This document shows, piece after piece, positions 32,195 to 41,131 of a stretch of DNA of 64,000 nucleotides. Made by a program: the position numbers and the translations under genes. Under the pieces are notes generated by a model that was given only the letters and a program-made list of their open reading frames with translations, was not told where the DNA came from and did no database searches. The stretch covers positions 34,510 through 98,509 of the forward strand of contig REEP01000082.1 in assembly GCA_007695045.1 (NCBI GenBank), read 5' to 3'. The first letter of the stretch is position 1. The number at the start of each line of letters is the position of its first letter. The DNA is from Rhodospirillales bacterium. Lineage in GTDB: Bacteria > Pseudomonadota > Alphaproteobacteria > Rhodospirillales > Defluviicoccaceae.

Positions 32195-33397
32195 TCAACG
32201 CTCCGGCTGTTCGGCCAAGGCCGCGATGGTCCGGGCCAGCAACTTGATGTCGCTGCGCACCTGCTGAATGATCTCGTCGCGGCCGGAGGCCAATTCTTCC
32301 AGCAGTCGGGCGACGTATACGTCCAGGTTGCGGATGTGCGCCTTGGTCGCCTCATCCATGCCCGCGGCGGGAGTCTGGCCGGCGGCATCGGCCAAGCGCG
32401 CCAGAACCGGCTTGAGTTCCGTCTGCTGTTCCGCCAAGCGCAGCATCAGGCTTTGTTCGGTCCGCATCTGATCGGTCAAGGTGCCGATATGCTCGGCCAG
32501 CGACATCAGGTGGTGGCCGGTGGCCGCTCGGCTTTCCTCGCCGCGGGCGATGACCCGTTGCAGGTTGTCCAGGCTCTCGGCCGTCTGCTCCAGCAGTGCC
32601 TGGACATAAGCCGGCACCGACCCGTCGCCTTCGTGCGCGAGGGTACCGCTGGACAGGCGGGTCACGCCGGACAGCCAGTCCTCCAGATCGTTGTAGAAGC
32701 GGTTCTGAGCCTGATTGGCCTGCAGATCGAGAAAGCCCAGCACGAGCGACCCGCCGAGCCCGAACAGCGATGAAGAAAAGGCCGTTCCCATGCCGGCCAA
32801 CGGGGCCTGCAAACCTTCCTTGAGGTCGGCAAACACCACGGCCAGGTCACGCCCTTCCAGACTCAGCCCGCCGATCACATCGGCCACGGCGCTGACCGTG
32901 CCGAGCAGGCCCCAGAACGTGCCAAGCAGACCGAGAAAGATCAGCAGGCCGATGGTGTAGCGCGACAGGTCACGGGATTCATCCAGGCGCGCGGCGATGC
33001 CGTCGAGCAACGAGCGCATGGCCAGGGCGGACAGACTGAGCCGGTCCTGGCGCTCCCGCAGCATGGTCGCCATCGGTGCCAGCAGACGGGGCGGCGCGCC
33101 TTCCGACGGCGCCGTGGCCGGCGCACGCCCCTGGCCGCCGGCCGGCGATGCAGCCGCGTGATCGACTTGGCGGCGAAACCGCTCAAGCCACGCCGTCTCG
33201 TGGCGCAGCATGATGACCTGGCGAAAATTGTAGATCACACCGAGAAGGAGAATGCCGATAATCAGCCCGTTCAAAGGGGCGTTGGCCAGAAACGCCTCCC
33301 GCAGCGGCACGAACAGGGCCGCCCCGGCGACCGCCACCGCCCCGACGAACACAGCCATTCTCACCAGAAATCGGCGCAGTCGGGTCATGGCGGGCAC
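32195..33397 (-). CDS. MotA/TolQ/ExbB proton-channel family protein with C-terminal coiled-coil tail
   Basis: Two N-terminal TM helices and a roughly 90-aa loop. The signature TM pair is LLIFLGLLGTFWGLLGTV ... GMGTAFSSSLFGLGGSLVLGFL. A roughly 170-aa helical tail follows. 13-bp gap to the MotB-like gene. Start is GTG 33397 or ATG 33388. Confidence 0.8.
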   Translation of the reverse strand: MPAMTRLRRFLVRMAVFVGAVAVAGAALFVPLREAFLANAPLNGLIIGILLLGVIYNFRQVIMLRHETAWLERFRRQVDHAAASPAGGQGRAPATAPSEGAPPRLLAPMATMLRERQDRLSLSALAMRSLLDGIAARLDESRDLSRYTIGLLIFLGLLGTFWGLLGTVSAVADVIGGLSLEGRDLAVVFADLKEGLQAPLAGMGTAFSSSLFGLGGSLVLGFLDLQANQAQNRFYNDLEDWLSGVTRLSSGTLAHEGDGSVPAYVQALLEQTAESLDNLQRVIARGEESRAATGHHLMSLAEHIGTLTDQMRTEQSLMLRLAEQQTELKPVLARLADAAGQTPAAGMDEATKAHIRNLDVYVARLLEELASGRDEIIQQVRSDIKLLARTIAALAEQPER

Positions 33398-33470
33398 GAC
33401 TCCCAGGGATAACGGGACGTTGATTCGCGGCGGCGCGTCAGGACAGGCGGTTGAGTCGACCGCTCACCGC

Positions 33471-34214
33471 TTAGCGCCGCGCCACCGACAAGTCCACACG
33501 GTTGAACGGCTCGTCTTCAACTTGGTCACCCAAAGCGCGAACATCCATGCGCGTTCCGGCAATGCCCCGATCGATCAGATGGCCGCGCACGGCGAGGGCA
33601 CGGGCGAGCGACAGCCGACGCGCCGTGCTGGGCGTCAGGTCCTCCCCGGCGGCGTAAGCCACCACTTGCACGCGCAAGGTTTCATCAGCTTCGAGCCGAC
33701 GGGCGATGCGATCCAGCGCCAGCGCCGAACCTTCCGCCAGGTCCGCCGATCCCGCTCCGAAGGCGATGCGGAGATGCGGTGCCGCCGGCGATACCGGACG
33801 ATCCGGCCGAGCCGCCAGCGCCGTCTCTTCCGAGATATCAGGGATCGGAAGAAGATCGGGCGAACCGGCCGGATCCACCGGCAAGGTCGGCCGTGCCGTT
33901 CCGTTCACAGCCGCCTCCGGCTGCCTCTCTTGCTCAGGCGGAGACTGCTCAGGCGGAGGCGGCACACCGGCCGGCGGCGATGGCTTCGGCAACAGCCGGG
34001 CCGTGGCCGCCATTGATTGGTGCACAGGTTCCCGGTCCGGTGCCGCCGGCGGTTCGGCCCCGACCGACCGATCAATCCCGGCCGGCGGCGGCTTTTCCGT
34101 GGGCGACAGCACCTCGAGCGCCGCGCCGGCATCACGACAGAGACCACAGACCGCCACAAGGGCGATGGCGCAAACAAGGAGCGCCCGGTGCAGGCGGCGT
34201 ACTGGGATCATCAC
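33471..34214 (-). CDS. Secreted proline-rich protein with degenerate OmpA-like C-terminal domain
   Basis: Signal peptide (LLVCAIALVAVCGLCRDAGAA), a Pro-rich linker and the C-terminal LRIAFGAGSADL...RVQVVAYAAGED...ARRLSLARALAVRGHLIDRGI...NRVDL (OmpA_C topology but lacking the GHTD consensus). Confidence 0.7.
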   Translation of the reverse strand: MMIPVRRLHRALLVCAIALVAVCGLCRDAGAALEVLSPTEKPPPAGIDRSVGAEPPAAPDREPVHQSMAATARLLPKPSPPAGVPPPPEQSPPEQERQPEAAVNGTARPTLPVDPAGSPDLLPIPDISEETALAARPDRPVSPAAPHLRIAFGAGSADLAEGSALALDRIARRLEADETLRVQVVAYAAGEDLTPSTARRLSLARALAVRGHLIDRGIAGTRMDVRALGDQVEDEPFNRVDLSVARR

Positions 34215-34362
34215 CGGTTGGACCGTTCTTGCAGTTGCGCGCGCAACATAATCGCCGGTGGTGCACGCAACAACCCGTGTGGCTCAACCGTCTGGAGCAG
34301 CACCGATGACCCCGTTACCGAGGCCGCGTGGTCCGGCCAGACCGGGCTGTCCACCGCGCCCT

Positions 34363-35553
34363 TCAGGTGCGCAATAGATCGGCCCGGTCCGGCCGTTCCC
34401 AGGGCAGATCAAGATCGCGGCGGCCGACCTGGCCATAGGCGGCAAGACGGCGATAGAAGCCGTCGCGGGCCGCACCCGGCAGCCGGCGCAATCCGAGGTC
34501 ACGGATGATAGCGGCGAGCCGGAAGTCGAAGACGCGGCCGAGCCTGGCAGCGATGTCCGCATCGGGGATGCGGCCGGTGCCGAATGTTTGGACCTGCAGG
34601 CTCACCGGCCGCGACAAGCCGATCGAATAGCTCAACTGGACCTCGCATTCGGTGGCAAGGCCCGCGCTGACGACGTTGACGGCAGCGTAACGCGCGGCGT
34701 AGGTGCCGCTGCGGGCGATCCGGGTCGGGTCCTTGCCGCTCAAGGCGGAATCGCTCTGCCGGGCATACTCCCCGTAGGTATCGATGCCGTTCTTGCGCCC
34801 CGTGAGCCCGGCGTGGGTGGCGGGCCCGCCCACCATCAGCGGACCGCCCGGATTGATGAACAGTCGGGTCCGGTCGTCCGGGCGCACCGCCTCGTCGGCA
34901 AACGCCGGCTCGACCACGAGATCCATGAGATCCTGGTGCAGGCGATTTTGATCCGGCATCGGCCCCTCGCTGAGCGCCGCCACCAGGGTGATGCCGTGGA
35001 TGCGCGCAGGCCGGTCGTCGCGGTACTCCACCGCCACCTGGGTCTTGCCGTCGGGGGCGAGATAGGCGAGTTGACCCTGCTTGCGGACGTCGGCAAGACG
35101 GTGCGCGATCCTGTGGGCCAGCCAAATCGGCAACGGCATCAGCCCCGGTGTCTGCGTGCAGGCGAAGCCGAACACGGTCGACTGATTCTGGACGAGCATG
35201 CCATCGATTTCCGCCTCGTCCATCTCCGCCTCGTCGCGGGTCGATCGGCCCTCGGACGAAAGCGCATTCAGGCTGGTCATCACGGTGCAGGTGTTGGGAT
35301 CGAACCCGGCGTGGTCGTAGCCGGCCTCGACGATGATCCGGCGCGCCAGTCCGGCGATATCCACCACCGCATCGGACGCGAAGCGGGCGGCGATGAACAG
35401 GATACCGGTCGCGATCGCACACTCCGCCGTGATCACGGAGAAGGGGTCCTGTTGCAGGAACCGGTCGACCAAGCCGTCGCTGATCTGGTCGCACAGCTTG
35501 TCGGGGTGCCCTTCGGTGACCGATTCGGAGGTGAAGATGAAATCCCCCTTCAT
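34363..35553 (-). CDS. S-adenosylmethionine synthetase family protein, divergent paralog
   Basis: MKGDFIFTSESVTEGHPDKLCDQISD, GLTGRKNGIDTYGEY, LSGKDPTRIARSGTYAARYAAVNVVSAGLA. The canonical GAGDQG loop reads VQNQST and GGGAFSGKD reads SDSALSGKD. The start ATG overlaps the stop of the upstream ATPase (ATGA). Confidence 0.85.
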   Translation of the reverse strand: MKGDFIFTSESVTEGHPDKLCDQISDGLVDRFLQQDPFSVITAECAIATGILFIAARFASDAVVDIAGLARRIIVEAGYDHAGFDPNTCTVMTSLNALSSEGRSTRDEAEMDEAEIDGMLVQNQSTVFGFACTQTPGLMPLPIWLAHRIAHRLADVRKQGQLAYLAPDGKTQVAVEYRDDRPARIHGITLVAALSEGPMPDQNRLHQDLMDLVVEPAFADEAVRPDDRTRLFINPGGPLMVGGPATHAGLTGRKNGIDTYGEYARQSDSALSGKDPTRIARSGTYAARYAAVNVVSAGLATECEVQLSYSIGLSRPVSLQVQTFGTGRIPDADIAARLGRVFDFRLAAIIRDLGLRRLPGAARDGFYRRLAAYGQVGRRDLDLPWERPDRADLLRT

Positions 35554-38500
35554 GGCTGTGCTGCCCTTTCGTCGTGGGGTGGCGGTGCCGGCTTGAGCGC
35601 CTCGTTGATCACGAACGGGAGCACGGCGGCGGCACCGATGACCGCCGCATCCGTCATGCCAAGGGCTTGCAGGCCCAGGAGCCGGCGCAACCGCGGCACC
35701 GCCAGGGTCGCCCCCTGCACCGCCAGCGAGCCGCCGAGCGCTGCCGTCATCGCAGGGTTGCGGGGCAGACGTCCGGCCCGGAACAGGCCGTGGCGGTCCG
35801 ACCGGCAGGTGATGGCATGCAGAAGCTGGGCCGTGATCAGACTGAGGAAGGTCACGGCACCGGCCCGCGCGTCGGGACCGTAGCGCACATGTCCGTATGC
35901 GGCCGCACCAAGCGCCGCGGCGCTGATCACCGCGCCTTCCCGTGCGGCACGCTTCAGGTCCCCCGCCCGCAGGATCGCTTCACCGGGATCCCGCGGCTTC
36001 TCCGCCATGACGTCCCCGTCGGGAGGTTCCATGGCCAGCGCCAGTGCCGGGAACACGTCGGTCAGCAGATTGATCCACAGCAGCTGCATCGGTGTCAAAG
36101 TCTGGCGCAAACCAAGCGCCGTCGTCCCCAGCATCACCAGGATCTCGCTCAGGTTGGTGGCGAGGAGGAAGCGCAGCGCATTGCGCACATTGTGGTAGAG
36201 GGTGCGGCCGTGGCTGATGGCGACGATGATGGTTTCCGGATTGTCGTCCTTCAGAACCACGTCGGCCACCTCCCGGGCGACGTCGGTGCCGCTCTGTCCC
36301 ATGGCCAGGCCGATGTTGGCCGCCTTCAGGGCCGGGCTGTCGTTGACCCCGTCGCCGGTCATCGCCACCACCTTGCCGCCCTGTTGCAGCGCCTGCACGA
36401 TCTGAAGCTTGTGGCCCGGACTGACTCGGGCGAACACATGCGCCCGCTTGGCGAGCGAGGCGAGCACTTCCGGCTCCAGCTTCTCCATGTGGGTGGAGTC
36501 CAGAATCTCGATCTGCTGACCGCGACCGAGGCGGAGCTGGCGCGCAACCGCATAGGCGGTGGCACTCTGATCCCCGGTGATCATCACCGTCCCGATACCG
36601 GCCTTGTGGAAGCTGTCCATCAGGTCGGCCATGCCGGGGCGCACCGGATCGGCCATGCCGACCAGGCCAAGCCAGGTCAACTCAGGCTCGCCGTCTTCGC
36701 GGTCCGCCGCGTTCTCGGCGAAGGCGAAGCCCAACACCCTCAGGGCCTCGCCGCCCATGCGCTCGTTGGCCGCCTCGATCCGTTGGCGGTCGGCATCGGT
36801 CATCGCCTCGCGGTCGCCACCGATCAACTGCCAGCGGCACATCTCCAGAACCGCACTCGGATTGCCTTTCACGCAGAACAAGGGGCCATCGCCGTTCACT
36901 TCGTGGGTGGTCCCCATGAACTGCCGGCTTTCGGTCCGATGGTTCGTCGTGCTGCCGGGGGCCGAGCGGCGGAGCGCCGCGACGTCGATGCCGAATTCCA
37001 TCGCCATGCGGACCAACGCCGTTTCCGTGCCCGAGCCCTGCAGTTCGATGGCACCCTGATCGTCCTTGATCTCTGCCTCGTTGCACAGCGCCGCCACCGA
37101 CCCGAGTTTCTGCAGTTCCGCGCTGTCCGCAGGGTCCACGCGTTCTCCGGCCTCGGTCAGGGTGCCGTCCGACAACCGGTACCGCCGGCCACCGCAGACG
37201 ATGCTGACGACCGACATGCGGTTGAGGGTGAGCGTGCCGGTCTTGTCGAAGCAAACCACCTGCACCGCGCCCAGGGTCTCCACCGCGTCGAGCCGGCGGA
37301 CCAGAACGTTGTGCCGGCGCATCTTGCCGATGCCGATGGCCAGAGTGGTGGTGGCGATGGTGGGCAGCCCCTCGGGCACGGCGGCCACGGCCAGAGACGC
37401 GGCCGATTTCAGCATCGGCAGAACGCCCTGCCCCCGCGCCAGCCCGAGCACGAAAACCACCGCGCAGATGCCGGTGCTGATCCAGGCGAGCTGGCCGCCC
37501 ATCCGGTCCAGTTGCACCTGCATCGGCGTCTCGGGCGTGGCGGCGGTACCGATCATCGCCTGAATCCGGCCGATCTCGGTCTCCTTGCCCGTGGCCACCA
37601 CCAGGGCGCGCCCGCTGCCACCGGTGGGCACGGTACCCCGAAACACCATGTTCGTGCGGTCGCCAAGGGGAACGACGTCACCCTCAGGGCGCGCCACGGT
37701 CTTGGTCACGGACATGCTTTCGCCGGTGAGGCTGGACTCATCCACCGTGAGGTCATCGGCGGCGATGACGCGGGCATCGGCAGCGATGAAGCTGCCCGCT
37801 TCCAGCACCTGCAGATCGCCGGGCACCACGTCTTCCATCGGCACGCCCTGGGCTTGACCGTCCCGCAGCACGGTGACGACCGTGGGCGCCGTTTCGCCGA
37901 GTGCGGCTATCGTCTCTTCCGATTTGACCTCGGTCACGTAACCGATGGCGGCGTTGATGGCGACCACACCCATGATCACCACCGCGTCCACCACCCCGCC
38001 GGTGGCCGCCGACAGCACCGCCGAGGCCGCCAGCATGGCCACCGGCAGGCTCGCCACCTGTTCCCAGAGCATGGCCAGGGTGGAGCGATGGCTCGCCTTG
38101 TCCAGGGCATTGGGTCCGAACCGTGCCAGCCGTCGGTCCGCCTCGGCGCTGCTCAGACCCCGCGAGGCGCAGCACTCAAGCCGTCGCGCAACCTCGTCGA
38201 CGTCGAACCGATGCCAGGGGAGCGGCGGTTCGCCGGCGGTCGCCGGCTCGTTCGCCGCACCGCGCCGCCGCGAGGGCCGTGCCGCTGGCCGTGCATCACC
38301 CTGTTGGGGTGACGGATTCGATCGCGGCCCCGCAGCATCGGTCGCGTGGTTGGGCGTTCCTTCTTCCACGGCGTCGGCGACCGCCCGGATCACGGCGTCC
38401 ACAGGCAAGCCGGGATCGAACGATACCAGGACGCTGCCGCTCCAGCGCGATGCCTCGACGTCGCGCACGCCGCCCAGGCGCCGGATCCGCGCGGGCAGCG

Positions 38501-38690
38501 CCTCTTGCAAAGCGGGATCCCCGCGCAACGACGGCACCCGTAGCCGCACCCGACCGGCGACGACGGCATGCAGCGGGATCACCGCGCCGCTCGACGGCGG
38601 GCGATTCGCGGCATCGCGCCGGTCTCCGGCTGCCTCGCCGGCGGAACCCGCAGGTTCGGGCCCTTGACGCAGAGCATCCATGAGGTTCAT
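35550..38690 (-). CDS. P2-type cation-transporting ATPase (Ca2+/Mg2+-ATPase-like) with N-terminal HMA-like domain
   Basis: CFDKTGTLT (phosphorylation site), VPEGLP (TM4), MITGDQSATA, VAMTGDGVNDSPALKAANIGLAMG, LLWINLLTDVFPALALAMEPPD (TM6). About 110 N-terminal residues have ferredoxin-like beta-alpha-beta pattern without a CxxC. Confidence 0.9.
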   Translation of the reverse strand: MNLMDALRQGPEPAGSAGEAAGDRRDAANRPPSSGAVIPLHAVVAGRVRLRVPSLRGDPALQEALPARIRRLGGVRDVEASRWSGSVLVSFDPGLPVDAVIRAVADAVEEGTPNHATDAAGPRSNPSPQQGDARPAARPSRRRGAANEPATAGEPPLPWHRFDVDEVARRLECCASRGLSSAEADRRLARFGPNALDKASHRSTLAMLWEQVASLPVAMLAASAVLSAATGGVVDAVVIMGVVAINAAIGYVTEVKSEETIAALGETAPTVVTVLRDGQAQGVPMEDVVPGDLQVLEAGSFIAADARVIAADDLTVDESSLTGESMSVTKTVARPEGDVVPLGDRTNMVFRGTVPTGGSGRALVVATGKETEIGRIQAMIGTAATPETPMQVQLDRMGGQLAWISTGICAVVFVLGLARGQGVLPMLKSAASLAVAAVPEGLPTIATTTLAIGIGKMRRHNVLVRRLDAVETLGAVQVVCFDKTGTLTLNRMSVVSIVCGGRRYRLSDGTLTEAGERVDPADSAELQKLGSVAALCNEAEIKDDQGAIELQGSGTETALVRMAMEFGIDVAALRRSAPGSTTNHRTESRQFMGTTHEVNGDGPLFCVKGNPSAVLEMCRWQLIGGDREAMTDADRQRIEAANERMGGEALRVLGFAFAENAADREDGEPELTWLGLVGMADPVRPGMADLMDSFHKAGIGTVMITGDQSATAYAVARQLRLGRGQQIEILDSTHMEKLEPEVLASLAKRAHVFARVSPGHKLQIVQALQQGGKVVAMTGDGVNDSPALKAANIGLAMGQSGTDVAREVADVVLKDDNPETIIVAISHGRTLYHNVRNALRFLLATNLSEILVMLGTTALGLRQTLTPMQLLWINLLTDVFPALALAMEPPDGDVMAEKPRDPGEAILRAGDLKRAAREGAVISAAALGAAAYGHVRYGPDARAGAVTFLSLITAQLLHAITCRSDRHGLFRAGRLPRNPAMTAALGGSLAVQGATLAVPRLRRLLGLQALGMTDAAVIGAAAVLPFVINEALKPAPPPHDERAAQP

Positions 38691-38776
38691 CGGGGACGCC
38701 TCGCTTTCCTCCGCGTCGCGTTAACGAGGCCCGCGCCACCAATTGGCGGTTCAGGTCTGGCGAAAATCACCCTAGG

Positions 38777-39154
38777 ATGGATCAGGATAAGAACGGACCC
38801 GGCGGTTGGCAACCGCGCTGCCAGGCACCGGTCCTCTGTGACGTGCAGGAGGATGCCGTGGACGACGACGACAACACCACCCAACCCGAGGTCGGTACCG
38901 ACGCACCAAAGCCGCCGCGGCGGCGTAAGGCGCCGGCGCGCAAACGCAAGGCGACCGAGGCACGGAGCCCCACGGCGGCCGCGGCAACCGCCGAGTCCGA
39001 TGCGGAACCGGCTCCCGGCTTCGTGCCTGCCGAGACCGCCACAATGCCGTCGAGGCCACAACCGCCGCTGGCCCGCCGGATCGGCCGGATGTTCGGGGTG
39101 ACCTTGGCGCTCGGCAGCGTCGCCGTCCTCGCCGGCTGGATGCTGCGGCGGTAG
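38777..39154 (+). CDS. Hypothetical small basic protein with C-terminal TM helix
   Basis: 125-aa ORF with high GC3, an acidic then Lys/Arg-rich stretch (KPPRRRKAPARKRKATE) and a C-terminal hydrophobic helix (MFGVTLALGSVAVLAGWML). I recognise no family. The start is uncertain. Confidence 0.35.
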   Translation: MDQDKNGPGGWQPRCQAPVLCDVQEDAVDDDDNTTQPEVGTDAPKPPRRRKAPARKRKATEARSPTAAAATAESDAEPAPGFVPAETATMPSRPQPPLARRIGRMFGVTLALGSVAVLAGWMLRR

Positions 39155-39526
39155 GGCGCCGTTCCGGCATCCCGAGCGGGCTCGTCTCGCCGGCTCCAGG
39201 CCGCTGCGAGGACCGGTCGCGGCGCCTGCGGCCGGCGATCCCCACGGATGCGAACCGTGTAACGACGCCCGGGCAACTTAGACCAGCGAATTGCAACCCC
39301 CGTTCGGGCCTTTCCGGCGCCTTCACAGTCAACCGATGTAGCCCGAAGAGATGATTGCACGGACAGTGCCGTCAAGATATGATGACCTGTCGACATTAGA
39401 CAATATTATGCCGCCAACCTGTTGGATTGAGGAAGAATCCGGCGCCAAACAGAAATATCGGTGTTTATAGTGGATTTCGGCTTGGCCGAGAGCAGCCGAG
39501 CCCTGTGCCTGACGGGAGCAGCGTCG

Positions 39527-40333
39527 ATGACACGCAAAACGGGACGTGTTGCCGCTCTGGCGGCTTCAGCAACCATGGTCGTCATGGCAGGAGCGGCGGA
39601 CGCAGCGGTCACCTTCATCGACCGCTGGGCGGAACAAGACCTCGACCTGAAATACTCTATCGACAAAATATATGAGAATAACATCGTCAGAGTGAGTTAT
39701 GGAGAGGATGAACGGATACCTTACCCATCCGAGAACGGCGCCGCAGTCGTGGGCATCAGGGATTCGAAGGCCAAGTTCTTTGATATTATTGTGGATTTAA
39801 CAGACTCTTCTGAGTCGAGGACATCGTTTGGCGCCGAATTCATTGTCTTTAACGATACGCCCTTCAATTGGACGGACTACCACTTCGTATTTTACAATGA
39901 GGATTTTTCTGAACGTCTGGATTTGACTGGAATGCTTGTTACGGCCATATCGCCATGTGCATTTGGAGCGGATGTTAATGGTTTAATATGTCTGCCTGAG
40001 CTTGGCCCCCTGCAACCTTGGCTGTCCGACGAAGAAGACCTGCGCTTTGACGGCAGCGAACTGGAGTTCGTTTCGTGGCCCGCAAATGAGGGCAATTATC
40101 ATGAGGTTGGGGCTGGGTGGTTCTACTCGTTTGGCTTCGCGGGCGACGATCCGCTCCCCGACAGGTTCGGCATTCGCCAGATTGCCACGACGGCGATCCC
40201 GGAACCCGGCTCTGTTGCGGTACTGGGCGTGGGATTGCTCGCCATCGGGTTGCTGACCGTGCGGCGGTGGAGACGCAGCCAAGGCGGAGTTGACCTGCCG
40301 CGGGAACCAGACGTGAGCGACGGGCGCTTCTGA
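39527..40333 (+). CDS. PEP-CTERM sorting-domain secreted protein (second copy type)
   Basis: Signal peptide MTRKTGRVAALAASATMVVMAGAADA. C-terminal IPEPGSVAVLGVGLLAIGLLTVRRWRR is a textbook PEP-CTERM. The 5' half of the gene and its upstream region are visibly AT-rich. Confidence 0.75.
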   Translation: MTRKTGRVAALAASATMVVMAGAADAAVTFIDRWAEQDLDLKYSIDKIYENNIVRVSYGEDERIPYPSENGAAVVGIRDSKAKFFDIIVDLTDSSESRTSFGAEFIVFNDTPFNWTDYHFVFYNEDFSERLDLTGMLVTAISPCAFGADVNGLICLPELGPLQPWLSDEEDLRFDGSELEFVSWPANEGNYHEVGAGWFYSFGFAGDDPLPDRFGIRQIATTAIPEPGSVAVLGVGLLAIGLLTVRRWRRSQGGVDLPREPDVSDGRF

Positions 40334-40444
40334 CTTCCCGGGCGGCGTCACTGTCCGAGCCGAAGTCGCCAGCGCTTGGCTTGGGCCTCACACCGTGATA
40401 ATCGGCGGTGGCGATGTGCTGCTGCCCTTCCTATCCTCTCGTTC

Positions 40445-41131
40445 ATGCCTGACCTGCCCATCCCTGCCCCGGCTTTGCCGGCGCTGTCGCCCGCCGCCCG
40501 CCGTCGAGCTTTCCTCAGCATGTGGCTGGTGGATCACGGCTTCATCCGGGACGTCTACTGCAACGTCCACCGGCTGACCGACCACGCCTGGCGGTCGGCC
40601 CAGCCGTCGCCGCGCCATCTGCGTTGGGCCAGGCGGAGCGGCATCCGCACCATCCTCAACCTGCGCGGCCGGCGCGAAACCTGCGGCAGCTACCTTCTGG
40701 AGCGCGAGGCCTGCCAGCAGCTCGGCCTCACCATGGTGGACTTTCCCGTGCGCTCCCGCCAGCCGCTGGACCGGGAAACGCTGCTGGCCGCGGCTGAACT
40801 GTTCCCGACGCTGCGCCATCCGGTGCTGATGCACTGCAAGTCCGGCGCGGACCGGGCCGGCCTGATGGCGACGCTGTACCTGCACCTGCACGAAGGGGTG
40901 CCGATGCGGCTCGCCATGCGGCAGCTGTCCCTCCGCTACGGCCATATCAAGCATGCCAAGACCGGTGTGATCGATTTCTTCTTCGAAAGTTATCTTGCCG
41001 ATCAGCGTGAACGCGGCCTGTCCTTCCTCGACTGGGTGGCGGACGTCTATGACCCTGTCGACGTGCTCACGCGTTTTCGCGACAACTGGCTCGCCTCCTT
41101 CCTGGTCAATCGCGTCCTGCGACGGGAATAG
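40445..41131 (+). CDS. Cys-based protein phosphatase family protein (HCx5R P-loop)
   Basis: VLMHCKSGADRAGLMATLY is the CX5R PTP/DSP active-site loop; upstream is ILNLRGRRE. The start is ATG 40445 or TTG 40376. Confidence 0.7.
   Translation: MPDLPIPAPALPALSPAARRRAFLSMWLVDHGFIRDVYCNVHRLTDHAWRSAQPSPRHLRWARRSGIRTILNLRGRRETCGSYLLEREACQQLGLTMVDFPVRSRQPLDRETLLAAAELFPTLRHPVLMHCKSGADRAGLMATLYLHLHEGVPMRLAMRQLSLRYGHIKHAKTGVIDFFFESYLADQRERGLSFLDWVADVYDPVDVLTRFRDNWLASFLVNRVLRRE

Noticed and set aside
30988-33397. Assigning the MotA/MotB-like pair to Zorya (ZorAB), flagellar MotAB, ExbBD or TolQR
   Set aside because: No ZorC/D/E, flagellar, TonB or Pal/TolA/TolB genes are in the window, and the long periplasmic coiled coil in the MotB-like subunit does not fit those families as I know them. 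It is left as an unassigned stator-like module (see findings) rather than given a name.
35574-38312. 912-aa plus-strand ORF antisense to the P-type ATPase
   Set aside because: Shadow frame. The minus strand contains all P-type ATPase signature motifs.
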